Positions 15,001 to 29,027 of a stretch of DNA of 64,000 bases are shown in pieces. The DNA is from Heptranchias perlo (lineage: Eukaryota). A model generated the notes under the pieces. The model searched no databases. It had not been told where the DNA came from and worked only from the letters and a program-made list of their open reading frames with translations. Where the stretch lies: the NCBI RefSeq assembly GCF_035084215.1, contig NW_027139612.1, forward strand, positions 5,890,001-5,954,000, read 5' to 3'. Both the position numbers and the translations under genes were made by a program. The stretch's first letter is position 1, and every line of letters begins with the position of its first letter.

Positions 15001-18000
15001 TCGCACGTCTGCAGTCACACGTGTTTGAGTCCACAGATCTGCACGCACACGTGCTTGCGTCCGCACATCTGCTGGCCCACGTGTATCCGTCCGCACATCT
15101 GCACGCACAAGTGTTTGCGTCCGCACATCTGCAGGCACACGTGTTTGCGTCCGCACATCTGCGTGCACACGTGTTTGCGTCCGCACGTCTGCGGGCACAA
15201 TTGTTTACGTCCGCACATCTGCTGGCACATGTGTTTGCGTCCACAAATCTGCGGGCACACTTGTTTGCGATCACACATCTGCCGGAACACCAGTTTGCAT
15301 CCGCACATCTGCGGGCACACGTGTTTGCGTTCACAAATCTGCGGGCACAGCTATTTGCGTCCGCACATCTGCGGGCTCACGTGTTTGCGTCTGCACATCT
15401 GCGGGCACATGTGTTTGTGTCCGCACATCTGCTGGTACATGTGTTTGCGTCCGCACATCTGCAGGCACATGTGTTTGCATCCGCAGTTCTGCACGCACAC
15501 GTGCTTGCGTCCGCAAATCTGCAGACACAGGGGTTTCCCTCTGCACATCTACGGGCACAAGTGATTGCGTCTGCACATCTGCGGGCACACGTGTATGCGT
15601 CCGCACATCTGCGGGCACACGTGTTTGCGTCGTCAAGTCCGCAGGCGCACGTGTTTGCTTCCGCAGATCTGCACGCACACATGTTTGCGTCCTCACATCT
15701 GCGGGCACACATATTTGCTTCCGCACATCTGCAGGCACACGTGTTCGCACATCTGCAGTCACACGTGTTTGAGTCCACAGATCTGCACGCACACGTGCTT
15801 GCGTCCGCACATCTGCGGGCCCACGTGTATCCGTCCGCACATCTGCACGCACAAGTGTTTGCGTCCACACATCTGCAGGCACACGTGTTTGCGTCCGCAC
15901 ATCTGCGTGCACACGTGTTTGCGTCCGCACGTCTGCGGGCACAATTGTTTACGTCCGCACATCTGCTGGCACATGTGTTTGCGTCCGCAAATCTGCGGGC
16001 ACACTTGTTTGCGATCACACATCTGCGGGAACACCAGTTTGCATCCGCACATCTGCGGGCACACGTGTTTGCGTTCACAAATCTGCGGGCACACCTATTT
16101 GCGTCCGCACATCTGCGGGCTCACGTGTTTGCGTCTGCACATCTGCGGGCACATGTGTTTGTGTCCGCACATCTGCTGGTACATGTGTTTGCGTCCGCAC
16201 ATCTGCAGGCACATGTGTTTGCATCCGCAGTTCTGCACGCACACGTGCTTGCGTCCGCAAATCTGCAGACACATGGGTTTCCCTCTGCACATCTACGGGC
16301 ACAAGTGATTGCGTCTGCACATCTGCGGACACACGTGTTTGCGTCCGCACATCTGCGGACACACATGTTAGCGTTCGCACATATGCGGACAGAAGTGATT
16401 GCGTCCGGACATCTGCGAGCACACGTGTTTGCGTCCGCACATCTGCAGGCACATGTGTTTGCGACCGCACATCTGCACGCACATGTGTTTGCATCCGCAC
16501 ATCTTGGGGCACACGAGTTTGCGCCCGCACATCAGCGGGCACACGTGATTGCGTCCGCACAACTGCGAGCCCACGTGTTTGCGTCCGCACATCTGCAGGC
16601 ACACGTGTTTGCATCCGGACATATGCACGCACATATGTTTGCTTCCGCACATCTACGGGCACACGTGTTTGCGTCCGCACATCTGCGGGCACACGTGTTA
16701 GCGTCCGCACATCTGCGGGCAAACGTGTTTGCGTCTGCACATCTGCGGGCACACGTGTTTGCGTCCGCACATCTGCAGGCACACGTGTATCAGTCCGCAC
16801 ATCTGCTCAAACAAGTGTTTGCGTCCGCACATCTGCAGGAACACGTGCTTGTGTCTGCACATCTGCACGCACACATGTTTGCGTCCGCACATCTGCATGC
16901 ACACCTGTTTGCGTCCGCACATCTGCAAGCACGCGTGTTTGCGTCCGCACATCTGCAAGCACACTTGATTGGGTCCGCACATCTGCTCGCACATGTGTTA
17001 GGGTCTGCACATCTGCAGGCACACGTGTTTGCGTCCGCACTTCTGCGGGCACGCGTGTTTGCGTCCTCACATCTGCGGGCACGCGTGTTTGCGTCCGCAC
17101 ATCTGCGGGCACGCGTGTTTGCGTCCGCACATCTGCAGGCACACGTGTTTGCGACCGCGCATCTGCAGGCACACGTGTATCCGTCCGCACATCTGCACGC
17201 ACAAGTGTTTGCGTCCGCACATCTGCAGGCACACGTGTTTGCGTCCGCACATCTGCGTGCACACGTGTTTGCGTCCGCACGTCTGCGGGCACAATTGTTT
17301 ACGTCCGCACATCTGCTGGCACATGTGTCTGCGTCTGCAAATCTGCGGGCACACTTGTTTGCGATCACACATCTGCGGGAACACCAGTTTGCATCCGCAC
17401 ATCTGCGGGCACACGTGTTTGCGTTCACAAATCTGCGGGCACACCTATTTGCGTCCGCACATCTGCGGGCACATGTGTTTGTGTCCGCACATCTGCTGGT
17501 ACATGTGTATGCGTCCGCACATCTGCGGGCACACGTGCTGCGTCCGCACATCTGCATTCACACGTGTTTGTGTCCGCACATCTGCGGGCACACGTGTTTG
17601 TGTCAACACATCTGCGAGCACACGTGTTTGCGTCCGCACATCTGCGGGCACACGTGTTTGCGTCCGCACATCTGCTAGCACACGTGTTTGCGTCCGCACA
17701 TTTGCGGGCACATGTGTTTGCGTCCGCACATCTGCTGGCAGACGTGTTTGCGTCCTCACATCTTCGGGCACACGTGTTTGCGTCCGCACATCTGCGGGCA
17801 CACGTGGTGCGTCCGCACATCTGCATTCACACGTGTTTGCGTCCGCACATCTGCGGGCACACGTGTATGCGTCCGCACATCTGCGGGCACACGTGTTTGC
17901 GTCGGCAAGTCCGCAGGCGGACGTGTTTGCTTCCGCAGATCTGCACGCACACGTGTTTGCGTCCTCACATCTGCGGGCACACATGTTTGCTTCCGCACAT

Positions 18001-21000
18001 CTGCAGGCACACGTGTTCGCACATCTGCAGTCACACGTGTTTGAGTCCACAGATCTGCACGCACACGTGCTTGCGTCCGCACATCTGCGGGCCCACGTGT
18101 ATCCGTCCGCACATCTGCACGCACAAGTGTTTGCGTCCGCACATCTGCAGGCACACGTGTTTGCGTCCGCACATCTGCGTGCACACGTGTTTGCGTCCGC
18201 ACGTCTGCGGGCACAATTGTTTACGTCCGCACATCTGCTGGCACATGTGTTTGCGTCTGCAAATCTGCGGGCACACTTGTTTGCGATCACACATCTGCGG
18301 GAACACCAGTTTGCATCCGCACATCTGCGGGCACACGTGTTTGCGTTCACAAATCTGCGGGCACAGCTATTTGCGTCCGCACATCTGCGGGCTCACGTGT
18401 TTGCGTCTGCACATCTGCGGGCACATGTGTTTGTGTCCGCACATCTGCTGGTACATGTGTTTGCGTCCGCACATCTGCAGGCACATGTGTTTGCATCCGC
18501 AGTTCTGCACGCACACGTGCTTGCGTCCGCAAATCTGCAGACACAGGGGTTTCCCTCTGCACATCTACGGGCACAAGTGATTGCGTCTGCACATCTGCGG
18601 GCACTCGTGTATGCGTCCGCACATCTGCGGGCACACGTGTTTGCCTCGGCAAGTCCGCAGGCACACGTGTTTGCTTCCGCAGATCTGCACGCACACGTGT
18701 TTGCGTCCTCACATCTGCGGGCACACATATTTGCTTCCGCACATCTGCAGGCACACGTGTTCGCACATCTGCAGTCACACGTGTTTGAGTCCACAGATCT
18801 GCACGCACACGTGCTTGCGTCCGCACATCTGCGGGCCCACGTGTATCCGTCCGCACATCTGCACGCACAAGTGTTTGCGTCCACACATCTGCAGGCACAC
18901 GTGTTTGCGTCCGCACATCTGCGTGCACACGTGTTTGCGTCCGCACGTCTGCGGGCACAATTGTTTACGTCCGCACATCTGCTGGCACATGTGTTTGCGT
19001 CCGCAAATCTGCGGGCACACTTGTTTGCGATCACACATCTGCGGGAACACCAGTTTGCATCCGCACATCTGCGGGCACACGTGTTTGCGTTCACAAATCT
19101 GCGGGCACACCTATTTGCGTCCGCACATCTGCGGGCTCACGTGTTTGCGTCTGCACATCTGCGGGCACATGTGTTTGTGTCCGCACATCTGCTGGTACAT
19201 GTGTTTGCGTCCGCACATCTGCAGGCACATGTGTTTGCATCCGCAGTTCTGCACGCACACGTGCTTGCGTCCGCAAATCTGCAGATACAGGGGTTTCCCT
19301 CTGCACATCTACGGGCACAAGTGATTGCGTCTGCACATCTGCGGGCACACGTATTTGCGTCCGCACATCTGCGGACACACGTGTTAGCGTTCGCACATCT
19401 GCGGACAGAAGTGATTGCGTCCGGACATCTGCGAGCACACGTGTTTGCGTCCGCACATCTGCAGGCACATGTGTTTGCGACCGCACATCAGCGGGCACAC
19501 GTGTTTGCGTCCGCACAACTGCGAGCCCACGTGTTTGCGTCCGCACATCTGCAGGCACACGTGTTTGCATCCGGACATATGCACGCACATATGTTTGCTT
19601 CCGCACATCTACGGGCACACGTGTTTGCGTCCGCACATCTGCGGGCACACGTGTTAGCGTCCGCACATCTGCGGGCAAACGTGTTTGCGTCTGCACATCT
19701 GCGGGTACACGTGTTTGCGTCCGCACATCTGCAGGCACACGTGTATCAGTCCGCACATCTGCACAAACAAGTGTTTGCGTCCGCACATCTGCAGGAACAC
19801 GTGCTTGTGTCTGCACATCTGCACGCACACATGTTTGCGTCCGCACATCTGCATGCACACCTGTTTGCGTCCGCACATCTGCAAGCACGCGTGTTTGCGT
19901 CCGCACATCTGCAAGCACACTTGATTGGGTCCGCACATCTGCTCGCACACGTGTTAGCGTCTGCACATCTGCAGGCACACGTGTTTGCGTCCGCACTTCT
20001 GCGGGCACACGTGTTTGCGTCCTCACATCTGCGGGCACGCGTGTTTGCGTCCGCACATCTGCGGGCACGCGTGTTTGCGTCCGCACATCTGCGGGCGCAC
20101 GTGCTTGCGTCCGCACATCTGCAGGCACACGTGTTTGCGACCGCGCATCTGCAGGCACACGTGTATCCGTCCGCACATCTGCACGCACAAGTGTTTGCTT
20201 CCGCACATCTGCAGGCACACGTGTTTGCGTCCGCACATCTGCGTGCACACGTGTTTGCGTCCGCACGTCTGCGGGCACAATTTTTTACGTCCGTACATCT
20301 GCTGGCACATGTGTCTGCTTCCGCAAATCTGCGGGCACACTTGTTTGCGATCACACATCTGCGGGAACACCAGTTTGCATCCGCACATCTGCGGGCACAC
20401 GTGTTTGCGTTCACAAATCTGCGGGCACACCTATTTGCGTCCGCACATCTGCGGGCTCACGTGTTTGCGTCTGCACATCTGCGGGCACATGTGTTTGTGT
20501 CCGCACATCTGCTGGTACATGTGTTTGCGTCCGCACATCTGCGGGCACACGTGCTGCGTCCGCACATCTGCATTCACACGTGTTTGCGTCCGCACATCTG
20601 CGGGCACACGTGTTTGTGTCCGCACATCTGCTGGTACATGTGTTTGCGTCAACACATCTGCGAGCACACGTGTTTGCGTCCGCACATCTGCGGGCACACG
20701 TGTTTGCGTCCGCACATCTGCTAGCACACGTGTTTGCGTCCGCACATTTGCGGGCACATGTGTTTGCGTCCGCACATCTGCTGGCACACGTGTTTGCGTC
20801 CTCACATCTGCGGGCACACGTGTTTGCGTCCGCACATCTGCGGGCACACGTGGTGCGTCCGCACATCTGCATTCACACGTGTTTGCGTCCGCACATCTGC
20901 GGGCACACGTGTTTGCGTCGGCACAACTGCGGGCACACGTGTTTGCGTCCGCACATCTGCGGGCACACGTGTATGCGTCCGCACATCTGCGGGCACACGT

Positions 21001-24000
21001 GTTTGCGTCGGCAAGTCCGCAGGCGCACGTGTTTGCTTCCGCAGATCTGCACGCACACGTGTTTGCGTCCTCACATCTGCGGGCACACATGTTTGCTTCC
21101 GCACATCTGCAGGCACACGTGTTCGCACATCTGCAGTCACACGTGTTTGAGTCCACAGATCTGCACGCACACGTGCTTGCGTCCGCACATCTGCGGGCCC
21201 ACGTGTTTGCGTCTGCAGATTTGCGGGCACACCTGTTTTCGTCCGCACATCTGCGGACACACCTGTTTTCGTCCGCACATCTGCGGGCACCCGTGTGTGC
21301 GTCGGCACATCTGCGGGCACACGTGTTTGCGTCCGCACATCTGCGGGCACACGTGTATGCGTCCGCACATCTGCAGGCACACGTGTTTGCGTCCGGAAGT
21401 CCGCAGGCACACGTTTTTGCGTCCGCAGATCTGCACGCACTCGTGTTTGCGTCCTCACATCTGCGGGCACACATGTTCGCACATCTGCAGTCACACGTGT
21501 TTGCGTCCGCAGATCTGCACGCACACATGCTTGCGTCCGTATATCTGCGGGCCAACGTGTATGGGTCCGCACATCTGGGGGGACACGTGTTTGCGTCGGC
21601 ACAACTGCGGGCACACGTGTTTGCGTCCGCACATCTGCTAGCACACGTGTTTGCGTCCGCACATCAGCGGGTACACATGCTAACGTCCGCACATCTGGGG
21701 GCACACGTGTTTGCGGCCGCACATCTGCGGGCTCACGTGTTTGCGTCCGCACATCTGCAGGCACACGTGTTCGCACATCTGCAGTCACACGTGTTTGCGT
21801 CCGCAGATCTGCACGCACACTTGCTTGCGTCCTCACATCTGCGGGCCCACGTGTATGCGTCCACACATCTGCGGGCACACGTGTTTGCGTCCTCACGTCT
21901 GCGGGCACATGTGTTTGCATCCGCACATCTGAACGCACAGGTGTTTGCGCCCGCACATCTGCGGGCACACCTGTTTTCGTCTGCACATCTGCGGGCACAT
22001 GTGTTTGCTTCCGCAGATCTGCACGCACACGTGTTTGCGTCCTCACATCTGCGGGCACACATGTTTGCTTCCGCACATCTGCAGGCACACGTGTTCGCAC
22101 ATCTGCAGTCACACGTGTTTGAGTCCACAGATCTGCACGCACACGTGCTTGCGTCCGCACATCTGCGGGCCCACGTGTTTGCGTCCGCAGATTTGCGGGC
22201 ACACCTGTTTTCGTCCGCACATCTGCGGGCACATGTGTTTGCGTCCGCACATCTGCGTGCACAAGTGTTTGCGTCCGCACATCTGCGGGCACACCTGTTT
22301 TCGTCCGCGCATCTGCGGGCACCCGTGTTTGCGTCGGCACATCTGCGGGCACACGTGTTTGCGTCCGCACATCTGCGGGCACACGTGTATGCGTCCGCAC
22401 ATCTGCAGGCACACGTGTTTGCGTCCGGAAGTCCGCAGGCGCACGTTTTTGCGTCCGCAGATCTGCACGCACTCGTGTTTGCGTCCTCACATCTGCGGGC
22501 ACACGTGTTCGCACATCTGCAGTCACACGTGTTTGCGTCCGCAGATCTGCACGCACACATGCTTGAGTCCGTATATCTGCGGGCCAACGTGTATGCGTCC
22601 GCACATCTGGGGGCACACGTGTTTGCGTCGGCACAACTGCGGGCACACGTGTTTGCGTCCGCACATCTGCTAGCACACGTGTTTGCGTCCGCACATCAGC
22701 GGGTACACATGCTAACGTCCGCACATCTGGGGGCACACGTGTTTGCGGCCGCACATCTGCGGGCTCACGTGTTTGCGTCCGCACATCTGCAGGCACACGT
22801 GTTCGCACATCTGCAGTCACACGTGTTTGCGTCCGCAGATCTGCACGCACACTTGCTTGCGTCCTCACATCTGCGGGCCCACGTGTATGCGTCCACACAT
22901 CTGCGGGCACACGTGTTTGCGTCCTCACGTCTGCGGGCACATGTGTTTGCATCCGCACATCTGAACGCACAGGTGTTTGCGCCCGCACATCTGCGGGCAC
23001 ACCTGTTTTCGTCTGCACATCTGCGGGCACATGTGTTTGCTTCCGCAGATCTGCACGCACACGTGTTTGCGTCCTCACATCTGCGGGCACACATGTTTGC
23101 TTCCGCACATCTGCAGGCACACGTGTTCGCACATCTGCAGTCACACGTGTTTGAGTCCACAGATCTGCACGCACACGTGCTTGCGTCCGCACATCTGCGG
23201 GCCCACGTGTTTGCGTCCGCAGATTTGCGGGCACACCTGTTTTCGTCCGCACATCTGCGGGCACATGTGTTTGCGTCCGCACATCTGCGTGCACAAGTGT
23301 TTGCGTCCGCACATCTGCGGGCACACCTGTTTTCGTCCGCGCATCTGCGGGCACCCGTGTTTGCGTCGGCACATCTGCGGGCACACGTGTTTGCGTCCGC
23401 ACATCTGCGGGCACACGTGTATGCGTCCGCACATCTGCAGGCACACGTGTTTGCGTCCGGAAGTCCGCAGGCGCACGTTTTTGCGTCCGCAGATCTGCAC
23501 GCACTCGTGTTTGCGTCCTCACATCTGCGGGCACACGTGTTCGCACATCTGCAGTCACACGTGTTTGCGTCCGCAGATCTGCACGCACACATGCTTGAGT
23601 CCGTATATCTGCGGGCCAACGTGTATGCGTCCGCACATCTGGGGGCACACGTGTTTGCGTCGGCACAACTGCGGGCACACGTGTTTGCGTCCGCACATCT
23701 GCTAGCACACGTGTTTGCGTCCGCACATCAGCGGGTACACATGCTAACGTCCGCACATCTGGGGGCACACGTGTTTGCGGCCGCACATCTGCGGGCTCAC
23801 GTGTTTGCGTCCGCACATCTGCAGGCACACGTGTTCGCACATCTGCAGTCACACGTGTTTGCGTCCGCAGATCTGCACGCACACGTGCTTGCGTCCTCAC
23901 ATCTGCGGGCCCACGTGTATGCGTCCGCATGTCTTCTGGCACACGTGTTTGCGTCCATACATCTGCGGGCACACGTGTTTGCGTCCTCACGTCTGCGGGC

Positions 24001-27000
24001 ACATGTGTTTGCAGCCGCACATCTGAACGCACAGGTGTTTGCGCCCGCACATCTGCGGGCACAACTGTTTTCGTCCGCACATCTGCGGGCACATGTGTTT
24101 GCGTCCGCACATCTGATTGCACACGTGCTTGCATCCGCACATCTGCGGGCACACGAGATTGCGTCCGCACATCTGCGGGTACACATGTTTGCGTCCGCAC
24201 ATCTGCGGGCACACGTGTTTGCCTCCGCACATCTGCGGGCACACGTGTTTGCGGCCGCACATCTGTGGGCACACGTGTTTGCGTCCACACGTCTGCAGGC
24301 ACACGTTTTTGCGTCCGCAGATCTGCACGCACACGTGTTTGCGTCCTCACATCTGCGGGCACACGTGTTTGCGTCCGCACATCTGCGGGCACACGTGTTT
24401 GCGTCCGCACATCTGCGGGCACACGTGTATGCGTCCGCACATCTGCGGGCACACGTGTTTGCGTCCGCACGTCCGCAGTCGCACGTCTTTGCGTCCGCAG
24501 ATCTGCACGCACACGTGTTAGCGTCCTCACATCTGCGGGCACACGTGTTTGCGTCCGCACATCTGCAGGCACACGTGTTCGCACATCTGCAGTCACACGT
24601 GTTTGCGTCCGCAGATCTGCACGCACACGTGCTTGCATCCGCACATCTGCAGGCCCGCGTGTATGCGTCCGCACATCTGCTGGCACACGTGTTTGCTTCC
24701 GCACATCTGCGGGCACACGTGTTTGCGTCCGCACATCTGCGGGCACACGTGTTTGCATCCGCACATGTGAACGCACAGGCGTTTGCGTCCGCACATCTGC
24801 GGGCAAAACTGTTTACGTCCGCACATCTGCGTGCACATCTGTTTGCGTCCGCACATCTGATTGTACACGTGTTTGCGTCCGCACATCTGCGTGCACACGT
24901 GTTTGCGTCCGCACATCTGCGGGTACACATGTTTGCGTCCGCACATCTGCGGGCACCCGTGTTTGCGTCGGCACATCTGCGGGCACACGTGTTTGCGTCC
25001 GCACATCTGGGGGCACACGTGTTTGCGGCCGCACATCTGCGGGCACACGTGTTTGCGTCCGCACATCTGCAGGCACACGTGTTCGCACATCTGCAGTCAC
25101 ACGTGTTTGCGTCCGCAGATTTGCACGCACACGTGCTTGCGTCCTCAAATCTGCGGTCCCACGTGTATGCGTCCGCACATCTTCTGGCACACGTGTTTGC
25201 GTCCACACATCTGCGGGCACATGTGTTTGCATCCGCACATCTGAACGCACAGGTGTTTGCGCCCGCACATCTGCGGGCACACCTGTTTTCGTCCGCACAT
25301 CTGCGGGCACATGTGTTTGCGTCCGCACATCTGATTGCACACTTGCTGGCGTCCGCACATCTGCGGGTACACGTGTTTGCGGCCTCACATCTGCGGGCAC
25401 ACGTGTTTGCGTCCGCACGTCTGCAGGCACACGTTTTTGCGTCCGCAGATCTGCACGCACATGTGTTTGCGTCCTCACTTCTGCGGGCACACGTTTTTGC
25501 GTCCGCACATCTGCGGGCAGACGTGATTGCGTCCGCTCATCTGCGGGCACACGTGTTTGCGTCCGCACATCTGCACTCACACTTGTTTGCGTCCGCAGAT
25601 CTGCACACACACATGCTTGCGTCCGTATATCTGCAGGCACACGTGTTTGCGTCCGAAGACCTGCACACACAGGTGTTTGCATCTGCACATCTGCAGACAC
25701 ACGTGTTTTCGTCCGCACATCTGCGAGTACAGGTGATTGCGTCCGCACATCTGCGGGCTTTACGTGTTTGCGTCCGCACATCTGCGGACACACATGTTTG
25801 CGTCCGCACATCTGTGGGCCCACGTGTTTGCTTCCGCACATCTGCTGGCACACGTGTTTGCGTCCGCACATCTGCGGGCACTAGTGTTTGCGTCCGCACA
25901 TCTGCAGGCACACGTGTTTGCATCCACACATCTGAACGCACACGTGTTTGCGTCCGCACATCTGCAGGCGCACATGTTTGCATCCGCATATCTGCGGGTT
26001 CACATGTTTGCGTCCGCACATTTGCGGGCAAACGTGTTTGCGTCCGCACATCTGCGGGCACACGTGTTAGCGTCCGCACATCTGCGGGCACACGTGTTTG
26101 CGTCCGCACATCCTCCGGCACACATGTTTGCGTCCGCACATCTGCGGGCACACGTGTTCGCGTCCGTACATCTGGGGGCACACTAGTTTGCGCCCGCACA
26201 TCAGCTGACACACGTGTTTGCGTCCGCACATCTGCGAGCACACGTGTTTGCGTCCGCACATCTGCAGGCACACGTGTTTGCATCCGGACATCTGCACGCA
26301 CATGTGTTTGCATCCGCACATCTACGGGCACACGTGTTTGCGTCCGCACATCTGCGGGCACACGTGTTAGCGTCCGCACATCTACAGGAACACGTGTTTG
26401 TGTCTGCACATCTGCACGCACACATGTTTGCGTCCGCACATCTGCATGCACACCTGTTTGCGTCCGCACATCTGCAAGCACGCGTGTTTGCGTCCGCACA
26501 TCTGCAAGCACACTTGATTGCGTCCACTCATCTGCTCGTACACGTGTTAGCGTCTGCACATCTGCGGGGACACGTGTTTGCGTCCGCACATCTGCGTGCA
26601 CACATGTGTATCCGTCCGCACATCTGCACGCACAAGTGTTTGCGTCCGCACATCTGCAGGCACACGTGTTTACGTCCGCACATCTGCTGGCACATGTGTT
26701 TGCGTCCGCAAATCTGCGGGCACACTTGTTTGCGATCACACATCTGCGGGAACACCTATTTGCGTCCGCACATCTGCGGGCACACGTGTTTGCGTGTGCA
26801 CATCTGCAGGCACACGTGTTTGCGTCCTCACATCTGCGGGCACACGTGTTTGCGTCCGCACATCTGCGGGCACACGTGTTTGCGTCGGCACAACTGCGGG
26901 CACACGTGTTTGCGTCCGCACATCTGCAGGCACACGTGTTTGCGTCCGCAGATCTGCACGCACACGTGTTTGCGTCCTCACATCTTCTGGCACACGTGTT

Positions 27001-29027
27001 TGCGTCCGCACACCTGCGGGCACACGTGTTTGCGTCCGCACATCTGCAGGCACATGTGTTTGCATCCGCAGTTCTGCACGCACACGTGCTTGCGTCCGCA
27101 CATCTGCTGACACAGGTGTTTCCGTCTGCACATCTACGGGCACAAGTGATTGCGTCCGCACATCTGAGGGCACACGTGTTTGCGTCCGCACATCTGCGGA
27201 CACACGTGTTAGCATCCGCACATCTGCGGACAGAAGTGTTTGCGTCCGCACATCTGCGTGCACACGTGTTTGCGTCCGCACATCTGCGGGCACACGTGTT
27301 TGCGTCCGCACATCTGCGTGCACACGTGTTTGCGTCCGCACATCTGAGGGCACAATTGTTTGCGTCCGCAAATCTGCTGGCACATGTGTTTGCGTCCGCA
27401 CATCTGCGGGCACACTTGTTTGCGTTCACACATCTGCGGGCACACCAGATTGCGTCCGCACATCTGCGGGCACACGAGTTTGCGTTCACACATCTGCGGG
27501 CACACCTATTTGCGTCCGCACATCTGCGGGCACACGTGTTTGCGTCTGCACATCTGCAGGCACACATGTTTGCGTCCGCACATCTGCGGGCACACGTATT
27601 TGCGTCCGCACATCTGCGAGCACACGTGTTTGCGTCTGCACATCTGCAGGCACACGTGTTTGCGCCCGCACATCTGCAAGCACACGTGATTACGTCCGCA
27701 CATCTGCGGGCACACGTGTTTGCGACCGCACATCTGCAGGCACACATGTTTGCGTCCGCACATCTGCGGGCACACGTGTTTGCGTCTGCACATCTGCAGG
27801 CACACATGTTTGCGTCCGCACATCTGCGGGCACACGTATTTGCGTCCGCACATCTGCGAGCACACGTGTTTGCGTCTGCACATCTGCAGGCACACGTGTT
27901 TGCGCCCGCACATCTGCAAGCACACGTGATTCCGTCCGCACATCTGCGGGCACACGTGTTTGCGACCGCACATCTGCAGGCACACGTGTTTGCGTCCGCA
28001 CATCTGCGGGCACAAGTGTTTGCGTCCATACATCTGCGGGCACACGAGTTTCCGCCCGCACATCTGCGGGCACACGTGTTTGCGTCCGCACATCTGCAGG
28101 CACACGTGTTTGCGTCCGCACATCTGCACGCACATGTGTTTGCATCCTCACATCTGCGGGGACACGTGTTTGCGTCCGCACATCTGCGTGCACACATGTT
28201 AGCGTCTGCACGTCTGCGGGGACACGTGTTTGCGTCCGCACATCTGCGGGCACATGTGTTAGTGTCCGCACATCTGCGGGCAAACGTGTTTGCGTCCGCA
28301 GATCTGCGTGCACACGTGGTAGCGTCTGCACGTCTGCGGGGACACGTGTTTGCGTCCGCACATCTGCGGGCACACGTTTTAGCGTCCGCACATCTGCGGG
28401 CAAACGTGTTTGCGTCCGCACATCTGCGGGCACGCATGTTTGCGTCCGCACATCTGCAGGCACACGTGTATCCGTCTGCTCATCTGCACGCACAAGTGTT
28501 TGCGTCCGCACATCTGCAGGAACACGTGTTTGTGTCTGCACATCTGCACACACACGTGTTTGCGTCCGCACATCTGCATGCACACGAGGTTGCGTCCGCA
28601 CATCTGCACGCACGCGTGTTTGCGTCCGCACATCTGTACGCACACGTGTTTGCATCCGCATATCTACGGGCACACATGATTGCGTCCGCACATCTGCGGG
28701 CACACGTGTTTGCGTCCGCAAATCTGCGGGCACACATGTTTGCGTTCGCACATCTGCAGGCACACGAGCTGACGTCCGCACATCTGCAGGCACATGTGTT
28801 TGCGTCCGCACATCTGCTGGCACACGTATTTGCGTCTGCACATATGCGGAAACACGATTTTGCGTCCGCACATCTGCACGCACACGTGTATGCGTCCGCA
28901 CATCTGCAGGCACACATGTTTGCGTCCGCACATCTGCGGGCACACGTGTTTGTGTCCGTACATCTGCCCGCACACGAGTTTGCGCCCGCACATCTATGGG
29001 CACACGTGTTTGCATCCGCACATCTGC
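1..29027. repeat. 30-bp tandem satellite, ~970 monomers, consensus GCGGGCACACGTGTTTGCGTCCGCACATCT; runs off the left window edge
   Basis: 30-bp periodicity is directly visible, with point variants and rare 1-bp indels and 6-bp deletions. All six frames translate to 10-aa repeats ([30 protein letters not shown] and reverse). Last monomer ends ...CCGCACATCTGC at ~29027. Confidence 0.98.

Noticed and set aside
573-28993. Zinc-finger or metallothionein-like reading ([20 protein letters not shown])
   Set aside because: No C2H2 spacing or TGEKP linkers; these are alternative frames of the same satellite.
1-29027. CRISPR-like array (30-bp palindromic repeat)
   Set aside because: Monomers are directly adjacent with no unique spacers, there are no cas genes, and the context is vertebrate.
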